Positions 11,706-26,606 of a stretch of DNA of 64,000 nucleotides are shown piece by piece. The DNA is from Octopus bimaculoides. Lineage: Eukaryota. The notes beneath the pieces were generated by a model. It worked only from the letters and a program-made list of their open reading frames with translations, had not been told where the DNA came from and searched no databases. Where the stretch lies: positions 24,070,793 to 24,134,792 of the forward strand of contig NC_069000.1 in the NCBI RefSeq assembly GCF_001194135.2, read 5' to 3'. The position numbers and the translations under genes were made by a program. The stretch's first letter is position 1. The number at the start of each line of letters is the position of its first letter.

Positions 11706-13724
11706 CTGTGTTGTTGAAGTGTTATATGAAGTCTATCTTAAATGGGGCCTCATGAGGCCCATCTTCCCTCCTTAAATTATAATCACCAGAGGAACTACAA
11801 AATACTGTAAGTGTTCTTCCAACTCTTGTGAGAATAAATCATGTTAGTTTACTGCATTGTCGCTGCTTGGAGTAACAAGCTATTCTTCGTTTGTGTCATC
11901 TATTTACAGACTGGAACATTTGAGAGAAAAATAGTTTAGTCAAAGGCATAATGCAAGGCTGATGACAAGATAGAAACTGTTGACCTCTCGGCTGGTTGCT
12001 ATTCAGCCATCTGCATTTAGAGTAGTTATGTATATCTAAAAGACTAAAACTAGTGTAAAAAGCAAAACTCAATACCAATAGACCAGCCCAGGATTATGGC
12101 CATTGACTAAGAAAGTAATAAATACTTTGTAACTGCTGTTGCTATACCATGTAGCTCCAACACTGTATGTACATAAGAAGTTCTATGAGACTGATAACTT
12201 TTCAAAATTCAAGTCAGAGGAAAAGGAAAAACAAGGTATGAAGCATTAAGGTTTAAAACTCAAGCTCTCTTTCAGCTTGAAATAACTAAAAAATGCAATC
12301 AAATATAAAAACGCATTTATTCTGTCTGGAACTGCAAACGCTTAAAAAAAACTTTTTCATAGAGGACATAAACTTTATCAAATCTAAAACTGTATTTATT
12401 AATTTTATCAATAATAATAATAATAATAAATAAATAAAAGTAATAATTACTTATTTTGTCTTTTCACATGGAACTAAGACAGGAGTATAATAGAGGGGGG
12501 AGGGGCATCTATTACTAGTACTTATTAGTTTTAATCAATAATTTTGAAAATTGAAAGGCCACGAGGCTTCAAGTTATAATTTTTATGGAAAAGTTAAAGA
12601 CATTTGAAGTTGTGATGTTCATATGTATCCAAAGAGGATTCTCAATATAATGAATAACAAGAGAAATAAATATATTTTATACATAAAAGAGATACCAGAG
12701 CTGAAATTTGGAAGATGTGACATTCATGCATTTTCATTCATCCATTTCCCAAGATATTTTTGTTTGTGTGAGGTATATAATAGATCTAGTTTTAGTTCTT
12801 GCAATAAAAGAGTACATGTGTGCATGTGTTAATTTTTTACTAGCAAAATTTTATCAATTTATTGACAAAACTATAATAACAACAATAGTAATAAAATATT
12901 TAAAAAAAAAGTGTAAAAATATATTACAATCACCACTAACACCCTTTTTGCAGCTACAAGTATGCTGGTGTTAATGTACGGACAACTATATTCTTCTTTT
13001 GGCACTAGTAATACTGTTAGTTATAAAGGCTGTCTTTCACCCACACAAACACTCACAATAGCAGAAAAATATATATGCACCTATATATATATAAATTTAA
13101 ATTCATATATAATCCAATATATACAGGAAGAGTATATACACACACACATATGCATAACAATTTTCTGTCAATAGAAATTAAGAAATAAGTGTCTGAGATA
13201 TATGTTATGGTAAATCTTATTTCAAAACAATTTATGATATATATATAAAATTAACCATATTATGTTCTTTTTCCTTCTATAGTTGTTTTTGTTGTTTATT
13301 TTGGTATACTGATAAAAAATATTCAGAAATATAGAAGGCAAGTAATAGAGTCAACATCTTTGATATCTGATACTTACTTCTTGTGTTACTCTCATAATCA
13401 ATAGGAGAGGTTGAAAAGCCAAGTTGACCCCAGCACAATTTGATCTTAGAAATACTCTCTATTTTCAGTACTAACTCAAATCAACCCCCTCTTTTTCTAT
13501 GTGTGTCTTGAATAAGATAGCATTTCATGCTCTACAGTTACAACATAAAAATTTATTTTTTACAGAATTAGTGGAAAATATACAGAACCAACTGAAGAGG
13601 TTATATTGAACCAGCTCTAAATGCAAACTGGATGAATGTATGCGTGTGTGTGTGTGAAGAGGAGAGACAAAGAATATACTGGTATTAGTTTTTCTTTTGT
13701 TTTTGGAGTTAAGAATCACTTTCA

Positions 13725-13940
13725 ATATTGATTTCAAATTTTGGCACAAGGCCAGTAATTTCTGGGGAGTGGGTAAGCCAATCACACCCCCCGCATCTGG
13801 TATTCATTTTATTGACCCTAAAAGGATGAAAGGTAAAGTTGATTTCAGCAGAATTTGAACTCAGAACATGCAGATGGACGTAATGCCACTAAGCATTTTG
13901 CCTGGCGTGCTAACAATTCTACCCACTCACTGCCTTAAAT
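13725..13940 (-). mobile_element. Family B SINE
   Basis: TTCAAATTTTGGCACAAGGCCAG...GCTAACAATTCT. Confidence 0.8.
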
Positions 13941-16900
13941 CATTTTGAATCTTAAAACTAAGTGTAACTGTTGTTGACAACCTCTCCTAACACAGAGATT
14001 TCTATGGAAGTGTTAATGTATGAATGAACAAATATATGTTTACATATGTACAAGTGAGTGTATCTTATTCAAAACAAAAGGGAAATTTTGAAAATGCAAT
14101 AAATATATGCACCCTAGTCTCAGAGTATGAGACATGTTAAGACCCAGTAAAGTTTGGGTTTCATGGTGTAATGGCAGATAAGAGCTAAACCTCTCTATGG
14201 CAATAGTATGCATGTCTATTTCAAGTAATATTCTCAGATGATCTCTTAACATATAACATATCCCCCCAAACATGTAGGGGAACTGAAGCAATGGCAAATA
14301 CAATGTTACAGTGTCCAGTTGATTATTTCAACTTTTAATTTATGAGTAGAAAGTCTAGAAGCTTATCCATTCAGACACCTTGTCCCTACAGAATCTTGGG
14401 GGGGNNNNNNNNNNNNNNNNNNNNNGGGGGGGGGGGGAAGCCAACTCCTTCCAAAATCGACAGAGACTACAAAGAAGTGAAAAGGCAGTGAGTATAAGGT
14501 ATTGGATGGGTATCTCAAGTGATCTGCATTCAAAACTACTACTACATCTCCTTTTAATATTTTTTAATACTATTTTGTGTGCGTGTTCTTTGTCACTCAT
14601 TTCCTTTTACCTCTTGCACTACCACCCACACTCTTGATCTTGAATTGAATACCATGACATCTTTCTACATGGATTGAAGCATTAATTCCTTCTATATCTT
14701 GCCACAGAAGTTCTGGCTTCTCACTCTTCATCCACATCATTGTATTTCAGAGTTTTGACCCTGACACAACAGTTCCCACTTCAATCCCTTTATAATTTAC
14801 TAACATGGAGTAAAAGTGACAATATTTTCTTTCTTTTTCACACTCAGACAAAAGGCAAGAGTCAGGACAAGACAAAGTTCAGCTAATGCCTTAAATACAG
14901 CCCAACCAGTTTTCTCATTTTATTTAACTTTAAATAGCAATATAAACAAATTATTTATGTTGCAACTAGGGTAACAGGAAAAAGTGCAAATCTTCAACAC
15001 ATTTTCCATTATCATCATAAAAAACTACAAAAATTAAGCTGTTATAATTTACTATCAACACTATAGTAATACAGTAAATGTAAAAATCTTAATGATGCCC
15101 CCTTTCCCTTGGTGCCCTAAGCGTGTGTTTATTTTGTTTAATGATTAACCCAGTCCATTTGATTCTTCATTACTCATGACAACTGAACTTTAAGGCCACA
15201 ACTGTTATCGCAGCTACTATAAAAGACTGTCATCACATCACTGTTGTGTATATTACATTGTGCTTTGTACAAAGAATAACAATAAGAAATGGTGGTTTGG
15301 TTGAGTGTGGTAAGTTATTAGTACACTGGCTTACTGATCACTGGTTCACTCCATCACCATTGCCAAACTGAGGATGAATCCAGTTAGTTATAAATAAGCA
15401 CATTACATAGAGTACTGTGCAGTGTCTTTATGACTTGTTTCAAATGCTCCCACGAGCAAATTCCATCAATGGTTGAAGACGAAAGATATCCCCAAAATAG
15501 TCTATAGTCTGAAAATTGGAATAATCTCTACCATATGTTGACTTGTACTAGTAATGGAAAGGGAGAGATTAGAGTTATAAATAATAGTGCACAGAAAGAA
15601 ATATGAAAACTGACCCAAGAGAAACATGCTTTGTGTGTTTGAGGCACAAAATGGTGTGGTTCTGTTTTACCTGTGATTGGTAAAGAGAGGCACATAGAAA
15701 TAGGAATTACTCTTAGAAAACAAGAGTAAGAAAATATTTCAAATTCACATTCCTCAAAATAATATTATATATATAATTGTACTCTGACATCTGCATTGTG
15801 TCTATAGTTGGATTGGGAAACGCAAACGGTTCAGTCTGTCTGACCTTGAAGGGGTACTATTGAATGGAAACAATTCACTATTGTGGTGTACTCACACATA
15901 TGTATATATGTGTGGGATATTTTTCTGAGGGCAGGAGTTTAGTATATCTGAGTTGTTAGCAATCCAGCCAACCAGCCAGTTGGCTCCTCCACCCCATTAA
16001 ATATCACCAAACAGTGACATGAAGATTATTTATTCCCTCCCATCATGTTTGTCTCAGCAACACATTCACATTGTCATTATTTTAGCTTCTATTTCTTTTC
16101 ATTTTTCCCATCTTTCTTTGTTGCTATGCATTGGACAAGTTTAAAATCACTTAATTTTAGTAACTGTGGCAATTTGACTGCCCCCCAACTCTATCCTTCA
16201 ATCCTCATAAACCCATCCCACCCACCATGAAAAACACTGATCTATAGACAATCATAATAATATCTTTCATATGTATTATCAAAATGCTTTAACAACTTTA
16301 TATATGAAACACATACAACAGTAATGCATGGTTGTAGAATTTTCTAATAGCCTTGCATCAACCCAAGTGTAGTCAGTGAAATTGGGTAGATAGAAACTAT
16401 TATAGAAGCCCGTTAGAAGGGCCATATCTGTTCTTTGGTGGTAAACTTAATTTGCTGTTCAGTTTAAAACTAGCACCTGGGGTGCTTTTATCAGAGTCCT
16501 TTCTGCTACAAATATTTACACCAGGCTCTGGTTTGATAACTCATCAGTTACAGGGATGATTTTTTCCCTCTCCCTTTAGTTTCTTTTTCAGTCTGGGATG
16601 CCCTGCAACTAGTCATAAGCACTGCTCTTCCTCCTTTGACTCAGCCACAACAAAAATTGTTATACTTTCATACTGTCACTATATCACAAGTAGGCATTAT
16701 ATACCTACTTATCAAAATGATATCATTACTGCACTCACGTTTTAGCCATATTACGAACTATTTTCATTGTTCATAACACAGCTAATCTTCATGGCATTAT
16801 AATATTATCACTTAACACTATTATATCTTCACATCACAGTCATAGTCTTAAATCTATATATCTTTCTCACATCAATGTTATATCTTCATAGCAATATATC

Positions 16901-17901
16901 TTCCTCACATCACTGATATATCTTCATAGCAATATATATCATCTTTACATCACTTATATCCTTAGATAATGATGAGTCACTGTTACCTCTGCATATCACT
17001 GTCATATCTTCATACTATGATCAGTTCATTGTTATATTCTCGTTACTACACACTACAATATCATTCTGCAATTATTAAAAATGTATTAAAAATAAGATTT
17101 AAATGTGTATATATGTGTTTGTGCATGAGACTATAAATCCCCCCATCCATTTACTGTTGAAGTATAAAAACTGGACTCTTGGAAATGATTTATATAAAAA
17201 GGGGGTGGGCTAGAGGTGTGAATATACCATAGCAACATCTATGTATGTGATATAAATTCTATGGATGGAGTTTATCAGTGAGGCATATCAGAATAATGAA
17301 TTGGTGTATACACGAAAACTGTTTGTAATTTTAGCAAAATATATTGTTAATAGATTCCTTTTCTCAGTTTTTTTTTTCAAGACAGACAATTGAGTGAGAG
17401 ACTTTGTATAAGAAAGAGATAGATTATTTGTACGTGTATGAAATATTTCTGTACAACTTTAGAAATATCAAAAGTTGAAGTGAAAGAGTTCTGTAGTTTA
17501 GCAATTTGTATGTAGAAAACAAGTTAGAATGTAGATTTACTACTTGATTACAGGTGATGAGATAAGGTTGGATGTTTGTATGTAAGAGTAAGAGAGAATG
17601 TGTGCAAAAGAAAGATTGAATGTATGTGTGTGTGTGTATGTGTGTAAGAGAAAGAGAGAGGACATCTGTATGTGTGCAAAGTATTTCTGCACATCTTCAT
17701 AAATTAAAAAAAAATCCAAAAACAAAACAATATGCATTTCCAATTATGCATTTCAAATATAAGCACCCATTAGGAATGATAAAAATCTGATGGGTGAGTA
17801 GAATAGTTAGAAAAGAAAGACAATAAAACACACATACACACACTCTAAAACATTCTCTCAGGCACACAAAATTTGATTTTATGTTATGTAAATATTGTTG
17901 A

Positions 17902-18845
17902 TTAGCAAACAGGAATCTGTCCGGACCTTTCAGCAGCTTCTGCAAGATTTGAAATCCAGATTTTGAAGTCTGGATTTTCACCCAGTTTAGCTCGCTTCAA
18001 GGACTGATCTTCAACAGTCACCTTCAGTTCACCAGTAACATGTAAATTCTGGTTCACTTCCAGACCTGGACAGGTTGGTTTTTCTTTATTATCACCGGAA
18101 CATTTAGTATTATCCATGTGTGTAACTATATTCACTGAACTGGCATCAACTGCAAAGCAGCTGTTTTTGTTGTTGATGTTATCATTATTATTGTTGTTAA
18201 AAGTAATTTTATAGTTGTTATTATTGCTATTGTTGTTATAGCCAGCATTGCAGCTATTAGCTGAAATGCTGTTGTTTTTAATGTAGCTAGCATTGTAACT
18301 GCAGTTAAAATTGTTGTTATTATTATAGTTGTTATTACATGTAGCAGTGTAGCTAATGTTAGAACTGTTGTTTATGTTGCTATTATTATTTTTATTATTA
18401 TTATCATCACTATTATTATAGGTAGCACTGCAGCAGTGGTTGGAATTATTGCTCGTTAGGCTCCTGCTTGTAGCAAGTGGAATATGATTTGAATGGAAAG
18501 TCAAGCGTGACTGAGTCACTAAATTTGATGTTGTCAGTATTCCACCACCTGTCTTGGTACATGTGGCAGCAGTAGATAATGGTTGTAAATTCTCACTATA
18601 TTTCAATGTTTCAGACCCCTCAGTGCATTTTATATCAATTGTCAATGCCTGTGCAGCTGTGACATTTTCTTCACCATTTGCAACATTTGGAGTAGCAGCA
18701 CTTGCAATATAACAATCCTCATCTTTGCCTTCAGATTCAGAGGTCACCGCATCATGACTATCAGATTTCTTGTTTAGCTGTAGATCTTGGTATGATTTCA
18801 TAGATGGGTGTACATAGAATGTAGCAAGTGGAATCTTCATGACAT
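17902..18845 (-). CDS. BBX: BBX homologue, terminal coding exon (Asn-rich low-complexity tract; ends WISNLAEAAERSGQIPVC*)
   Basis: Acceptor ttttcattttcatcaactAG at 18846-47; phase 1 matches upstream exon; 313 open codons to TAA at 17902-17904. Confidence 0.8.
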
Positions 18846-20059
18846 CTAGTTGATGAAAATGAAAAATAAATTAATTTTATTGTTTAGTAAACATCAAACA
18901 TGTTTAGGTGAGAGCAAAGACAAGCAAATGTTTTACTGAAATGTAGAGCCATATAAAGAAATTTACTATACATTTTCTATGACATTCTCTGTAATGTTAC
19001 CTACTATATAACTTGAAAATTTAAGGTGAACTAAAACGATTTGAAAATTATATTTTTAGGTCATTGTTACTTAGTCAGCCTGTATACCAAACTTCCAGAC
19101 TTTTTTAATGGTCAGAGATGCAACAATCAAAACTATCTTGGCTCTGTTTTTCAGAGTTTCTCATACTTTTTTTTATCATATAATCTGTTTTTTCAATGAC
19201 AATAGGATATAACTTGAGGGAGATTCAGCTATTTTAGCCAAATGACTGTATAGAGTAAAGGTAAAGAACCTTTTTAATATTATAGGTGAATTACCAGTGC
19301 ATACAAATGTGTGTGTGTGGAGGGGTGTATCTGAGCTAAGAAACATAACGAATCCTTAATTTTATAAATTAATTGGTCTGTAACTAATATTAAATTATTG
19401 TTTTGGTTTTAATGCTTAAGCCATTTTAGTTTTTACAAAGGGAATTTTTAGCAGCTTCATCATTGGGTAGTACCAAGTTTTAATGGAGATGATGGACTCC
19501 TCATCCTGGTGTAGGTTTCACTATTGGACCACACACTTTTAGACAAGTAATTATTGTTCAATCCTCTTCAAATATCTGGTATTTATTATTATGGGTTAAT
19601 AAAATAAGTACCAGTTGAACACTGGGATCAATATAATCGACTTGCCTTCCCCTAAAATTACTAGTCTTCTGCCAAAATTTGCAACCAATATAACTGACTT
19701 AACCCTCCCCCAAAATTGCTGGCCTTGTACCTAAAATTGAAATTCACCAGCAATCCACACTAAAAATAAATGTTGGATGTGTATAGTCCTAGGTACACTA
19801 TGCTTGGAAAAAAAAAATGGGGCAGTCATGGTTGGAAAGCTTTTCATCATAAATCCTGTTCTCTTAAAAAAATTGGCTCTTGTCCAGTTAGAAGAAATTT
19901 TCATTATTGAAGGGTAGAGGGAGTTGGAAGAATTAGTGGAAAAAGGTTGAATTTTAGTGCTGGACTAGATAATAATAATGAAATTATTGTGTACAGTACT
20001 CAGGTGCACTACAACTCATCAAAGGTGCATGTATAATACATAAAATTATGTGGAGAGTG

Positions 20060-20320
20060 AACAGTGTAAGGATCATGATATATATGTGTGCATGCGCATG
20101 GAGGGGGGATATCAGGTGTAGTGTTGGTGAATTTCAGGAAGCATGGAGGTTTTAAAGGATGCAATGTCTTGGCAGCTAACAGCTGATACAGGTAGTTTGT
20201 TCCATGCTTCAGCAACTCTGAGTGTGAAAAAATGTTTCCGAAAGTCATGGGGGCTGTGCTGTTTTCTGACTTTGTAGGTATAGTTCAAAAAGGTACTCAA
20301 GATACATGATGGTTAATAAT
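20060..20320 (-). mobile_element. CR1-type LINE 3' end
   Basis: FRKHFFTLRVAEAWNKLPVSAVSCQDIASFK matches the CR1 ORF2 C-terminus. Confidence 0.75.
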
Positions 20321-21235
20321 TTTTGAGTTTTATACAATCTAGTTTGGCAAAAATGGTAAAATTTCAGTTAAAAGAAATATAAAAAATAACAAGAAAAAAT
20401 CCAAAGTGATTACATGAATGATTCTCAAAGGGTGCTGTTTTAAAAAATATAACTTTACTCAGCTCCAGAACCAGAAAATGAAGACCAATATAAATCATCT
20501 ATTGCTCTGTTTAACAGTCACCTGGTTCTTGAGCACCTTTAGCAAAGTACACTCTGCATCAAACATTTGGGCCAAATCTTAGAATACAGGATAATTTCTT
20601 CCCACCAGTCTTGGAAGCCCTGCAAAATACCATGGCCATTCTGTTCTGACTAATTCATACACACAAACACATATATAAGAATTCTACAATCCAGCTTCAG
20701 AAACCAATTCCAATTGCTATACTTGCATGATGGTCATGCTTGACATGAGGAAAGCATGACAATCAGAACTTTTCAATTTTGTTTTATGAACTATCATGGC
20801 TATGTAAGAATTAGTGTAGTAAATTATTGAACTAGCAGAACTGGTAGAGACAGACAAAATGTTTGAGCAGTATTTATGTTCTGATTTCAAATGATGCCAG
20901 AATCAACTTAGTCTGTTATCTTTCAGTAGTCAATAAAATACTGGAGTTTGTTTCCTCCCCAACAAATTTGTGGCCCTGTGCCTAGTTTAGAAATTATTAT
21001 TATTTCTCACATCTGTAGCAATTATCACAGTGTAGGGTTAAGTTCAGGAAGAGGCAAAAATTTATAAGCAGATTTTGGATCTTGATTAACACCATTTCAT
21101 ATTAGTTACAATAATGACCAAAGAAAACCATTAACATTATTACAGTCTACTTGCTCCTTCTCTAAAATTTCAGGCTTCAATCTTTCCATTCCTCATCAAC
21201 AATAAGAGAATCAAAACCAAAACAAAAGAACTTAC

Positions 21236-21385
21236 TAGCTAAGGGATGTTTGTATTCTTTAGAAAGGGGTACAATTCGCATGATTCCATCTCGAGGTTGC
21301 TTCCTTTTCCGACTTCCAACAATGGGAGGATAAATAGGTTGTCTACGTCGATGTGGTGGAGCCAGAAGCATATCTGTCCTGATTG
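21236..21385 (-). CDS. BBX: BBX homologue exon, 150 nt, phase 1/1 (IRTDMLLAPPHRRRQPIYPPIVGSRKRKQPRDGIMRIVPLSKEYKHPLA)
   Basis: tttctttctttgcAG acceptor, A|GTAAGT donor; GSRKRK motif resembles BBX GSQKRKARK. Confidence 0.88.
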
Positions 21386-21553
21386 CTGCAAAGAAAGAAA
21401 TGTACAGAAATAAACTATTGCTGAAAATACATGTATATCTAGATAATACATTGGACAATATAGTTCAAGATAGCAACAGGACAGTTGTCATGACTGGAAT
21501 GCTTTTAATCATAGTCTACTTAAGCACAGCTAAATATCAATAATAATGTAATG

Positions 21554-21730
21554 ACTTTAACTCTTTAATATGTAATCCAGCTATATCTGGCCCAAATATT
21601 CTGCCTGTTTTATGTTAAAATTGAGCAGATCTAACCTCTCACACCTACCTTACAATATTATTCTAAATAATATGAGTAAATAAGCAATACATTTTACAAA
21701 GAAATCAGAATGTTAAATGTTGGATCAATG
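21554..21730 (+). mobile_element. piggyBac-like MITE copy (internally deleted)
   Basis: Shares CCAAATATTCTGCCTGTTTTATG..CCTCTCACACCTACC with other copies. Confidence 0.55.
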
Positions 21731-23071
21731 ATATTCTTAAATATTGGATCACAGGCGTTTATACTATCATTAAATATTAGATAAACAGAATCATTTTTAT
21801 TTCCATGGTTGTATGTGTTTGACAGATTAGCAATACCCTTGCAGCTCTCCATATATCTCTGATCTTAACATCCTTCCCTCAAATCTTTGCTGCAGATGAC
21901 ATCTACTTTCCTCAGTATAAAAAAATATTATGTCAACTATTGGCATTACATATTTATACCAATGCCATCATCTCTCTTTCTCACCACAATTGTGTTTCAT
22001 GTTTTTTGATGAGTTAATACTGTAAGAAAAACAAACTTCTTTTAAACTGGTGCTCATCATTGCAGTGAATATAATATTAATATGCACTTGTCAGCAAATT
22101 TAATATTAGCTCATATTTTTAATCTAATATTTAAAAATTAGAATTATATGAACTTCAAATATTATAGAAATATACAATAGCAATTTAAGTTTTAAATAGC
22201 TAACATAGTTTAAATACGCATGCAGAAAACTTACACAATATGTAACATGTAACACCTGTCTGTCTTTTAGTCTCTCTAAATAAAAAGTAAGATCAGAAAG
22301 AATAAGGATAAGTAATACAACCAAATCCTTTTTTGTTGATTTTTCTCAATATTGCTTCATAACCACATCACCTGACAACTTATGGTGTTGGAGATTACCA
22401 TAAATGATATGAAGAGGACCAACATTTTAGCAATACCAAACCTTCTTTAGGTCTACAAAACATATTAAGAGAAATGCAACAGTTCATTGTTGCACATGGT
22501 AGAATCACTGTATAAATGACAAGTGGTTTGCTGGCCATGTAATGTGAAGATTAACATTTAAGTAAGTCAAAATACAATGGTCATCAGTTCAACTGTACAT
22601 AGAAACACATTAACAAATATGATGTGATTGGAGGGGAATTATTTATAGATTGTATAGACCCTTTCTATGATGATAATGATGAAAGATCTTGTGTCAAATA
22701 TATTGATAAAAACAATGTTTTGTGACACTGATGCTGGTAATAATGTTGCATGGTCATGATTCTAGTAATAGAAGACACAAATCAATAACTTTGGGAATGC
22801 ATATCATTCTTGACATGAGATATCTTGATATTACTTATCAAAGTTATCCCATGACACTTCTGATGGTAATATGTGCTGAAAGCAGAGTATAACCAGTCAT
22901 CCCTATGATAAAAAGGTTTTAAAAAATGTCCAAATATATGTATTAGTTAAAACAAAATTTAAAAACACATGAAGTTTGCCACCATCTTCCCTATGTCAAA
23001 ATTACATCTCTCTTTCAGCCAATATTTTTCTCAGGCCTTTACCTCCCAATTAACAACGTCTCATTACTTAC

Positions 23072-23211
23072 TGGGAGTTGAACAACTCATGATTGTCTGA
23101 CGGGAACTTTCACTGTATATTCTCTGTTTACCAGAGTTCTTACGAGATCTTCCCAATGAATCCATTGAACATGCTGGAAGTGTTGCAATTCTGGCTTCAA
23201 GATCAAAATCT
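23072..23211 (-). CDS. BBX: BBX homologue exon, 140 nt, phase 2/1 (DFDLEARIATLPACSMDSLGRSRKNSGKQRIYSESSRQTIMSCSTP)
   Basis: acttttcAG acceptor, A|GTAAGT donor; DFDLEARIATLP resembles BBX DEEFEKKFNSLP. Confidence 0.88.
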
Positions 23212-23922
23212 CTGAAAAGTTTGAAACACAAAATGATAAGAGCTCTATTGTAAATTTTTATTGAGTCTGACTGGTTGATAAATTTCTTTTCTTTTTACAT
23301 GGCTTAGTCAGAGGAGAGAGAACAATGCCTGTGATCAATGTTACCTCTAGTTTTTTTTTTTTATTATATGTGTGTGCAAATTTTGTCTTTCTATGCAAAG
23401 TGTGAGTACATCCATGTGAAAAATCTTCTTGAATTAGAAAAAAATTTCGTTTCATCTTGAAAACTTTGTTTGGGCATATTTTTTCCGTTGTGTGCTAAAT
23501 GTAAAATGTGTACAGGGTGCACAGCTAACAAGGAACATTGCCCTGCAAGTCTGTGACTAGTGGGAAAGTGAGGAAGTTATCCTCAGAACAGAGTCTTGGT
23601 CCAAATAATTATAAAAGAGTAGACTCCATTAAAAAGTGGTGGTTTTAAAATAGGCAGTAGGTTAAGTTTACAGGTGAAGAAGAAAGATTTGGCTGATATT
23701 TGAAGAAAAATCTACTGGATTTGCAATATCAATTTGAATGACAAGTTTAAATACAAGGGAGTAGAAAACAAAAGATAAAAACTATTTGAAGATGAATTTT
23801 TACTTTAAATCATTATAGCAACAACAAATCTCAAATTTCAAATTGAAACTATACAAAGAAGGTACTAGTACTAAAAATGCTCAGAAAATTATGTAAATAG
23901 TAAAATTCCTGAAAACACTTAC

Positions 23923-24042
23923 CCAGTTTTGTAACGTTTGTCTAGCTGTGAATCTGATTCTGACATAGTACGTTGCAGTTTGCGGCCTGTTTGTTCACAT
24001 GACCGATGTGGTTGGTGTTGGTGATAGTCGTATACATCATTA
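23923..24042 (-). CDS. BBX: BBX homologue exon, 120 nt, phase 2/2 (NDVYDYHQHQPHRSCEQTGRKLQRTMSESDSQLDKRYKTG)
   Basis: ctcccttgtAG acceptor, GG|GTAAGT donor; phases match both neighbours. Confidence 0.85.
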
Positions 24043-24639
24043 CTACAAGGGAGATCAGCATGAGATAGATTTGGAAATGAAAGGGGATTTATTTTAAAAA
24101 GAGTATTGGCTCTAACATGTATAAAGGGCATCAATCCTCAGTTACATATAGATCATTAGCAACAGGTTGTACAAAAAGTAGTTAGTGACAGATCATACAA
24201 AAGGGCCGAGAAAGGGTAATTAGCAACAGATCATACAAAAGGTCATAAGTAAAAATTCAGCAGGTGAGAGATGTTTCACTTTGAAAAAGGGTTATCAGCC
24301 ATAGGCTATGCAAAAATAGTCACAAAGAAATGTTAACAGTAAGAGGGCATATGGAGGTCATTTACCTGCTGGCATAACAGACCCTGGCCATAAACTGCAC
24401 AGGGATCATTTAGCCACAGCTGATATAAAGGTCACAGGACACAATTCATACAAGAAGTCATTAACCACATATTGTACAGAGTTTGACAGTCATATCAACT
24501 AGTTGTTGTTTAGCAACAGATCAAACATGAAAAAGTACAAGTTGAGCAACCATGTACAATAGTAAATAACACTGGGACTTATTGTGAGAGAGGACACCAA
24601 ACATGATACCTTGTGTGTTTGTGCATATATGTACATCAT

Positions 24640-24775
24640 TTTTTTATCATTTAACACCTATTTTCTATGCTGGCATGGGTTGGATGGCTTGACAGGAGCT
24701 GTCAAGCTGTCCAGGCTCCAGTCATCTGTTTTGGTATGGTTCTACGGCTGGATGCTCTTGCTAATGTCTACCACT
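24640..24775 (-). mobile_element. RTE LINE/SINE 3' tail fragment
   Basis: TTTAACAC..CTATGCTGGCATGGGTTGGATGG..CTACGGCTGGATGC, same tail as 39205 and 61860. Confidence 0.65.
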
Positions 24776-25289
24776 TTACAATGTCAATAACCACATATTG
24801 TACAGTTTGACAGTCATATCAACTAGCTGGTGTTTAAACGTGGCACTGGCACACACACATATAGAATGTAAAGTTCCATGAAGGTATGTGTCAGCATGAT
24901 CAGTAAACTTCAATATCTGTTGCAAGAGGTGCCCATCATTGCTACTCATATTTAAGAGAATTATCAAGCATTCCTCAAAATTGAGTTACAGCCATCAGAT
25001 ATATATATTTATATAAATCAGATCATAGCAACACTAGTTGCTAACCGTGAGCTATACAAAAACATTCAGGTTATTTTATTTCCATGTAAATTTGATATGG
25101 GAAAAAGCACATAACCTTCAACACCAATAAATTGTTATTGTTCCTGACTGTACAGAGTCCACTTTTTGTTTTCTATACTTGTCATGGACTGCTTGAAGAT
25201 TACAAATTTCCTACACTTGGATCTCTGGATCTTACCCTTGTATATTGATATATTGATTTGATGGATTCTCTCATGGACAACAAACGAGG

Positions 25290-25758
25290 GCTCAGTAAAA
25301 TAAAGAGGTAATCATGTTCTATGGACCTGAATATGTCTCTTGAGGCTTGCTGGTGCCTTGCAAACCTTTTGGCAAATGGAACAGGTTGAGGACTCAGTTT
25401 GCTCGAGTGCCTGTGGATCGTTTACTATGTGTTTTGTTGAGTGAATGGCTAGGCCTGCTTTGCTTCATCCCACAAAACACAATGACAGGTAAGGTTTCCA
25501 CTTAGAGGAGCAGCATTTTGCTAGCATGCCTTCAAGCTTGCACGAAGTTGGTCCCAAGGCTGGAATTAACTTTGCTCAAATCTTTGAACTGAGGAGAAGC
25601 AGGACTGGCACCAGGTCCTGCATTCTAATGCTTGTTTTCCCAGGAAGAAAGGGGAATGTTGCATTGCTTCAGATTGTCTTTGAAGTGCAAGAGTGACCTT
25701 CCAACTTTTGGTAACTGGCCAAAGAGAAGTTGCTTTAGAATTGTGATATCACTCATAT

Positions 25759-25760
<2 letters not shown>
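25290..25760 (-). mobile_element. RTE (BovB-like) LINE ORF2 C-terminal remnant
   Basis: LKQLLFGQLPKVGRSLLHFKDNLKQCNIPLSSWE resembles PKQLLYGEL..GRP.LRYKD.LK...I....WE. Confidence 0.65.
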
Positions 25761-25803
<43 letters not shown>

Positions 25804-26100
25804 AAGTTTGAGTGTTTATATATATATAAATAAACACTCAAACTTTGTATGACTTGCATCAAATACATCTTAAAAAGAAAAAGTACAGGATACTCTACTT
25901 CCAGAAATAAAGGCTATAACTAGGACACCTTTGATTATAGGTCTGACCTAACAGAGTTGGTCTGGAGTTAACACCAGACTGTCAACTTGATAATAGGTTC
26001 TTACAAGTACTGAACCAACCTTAATCAATTACTGATTCCCATTTTTATTGGCTCTGGACAGAGTATTAAAAGGCAAAAATCAATAGCAGTAGAATTTCAA

Positions 26101-26520
<420 letters not shown>

Positions 26521-26606
26521 TGTGGAGGCAGGGAACTAACTGGTGAAAGGAAATTAGTTGAGTGCTCTACCATCTGTCACCACTTTATCCTTTTTGCTAA
26601 CATTAA

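Noticed and set aside
7000-17800. Second protein-coding gene downstream of BBX (e.g. acceptor-like sites near 11910 and 12953)
   Set aside because: No chain of phase-consistent exons or recognisable protein motifs; probably extended 3' UTR or intergenic DNA
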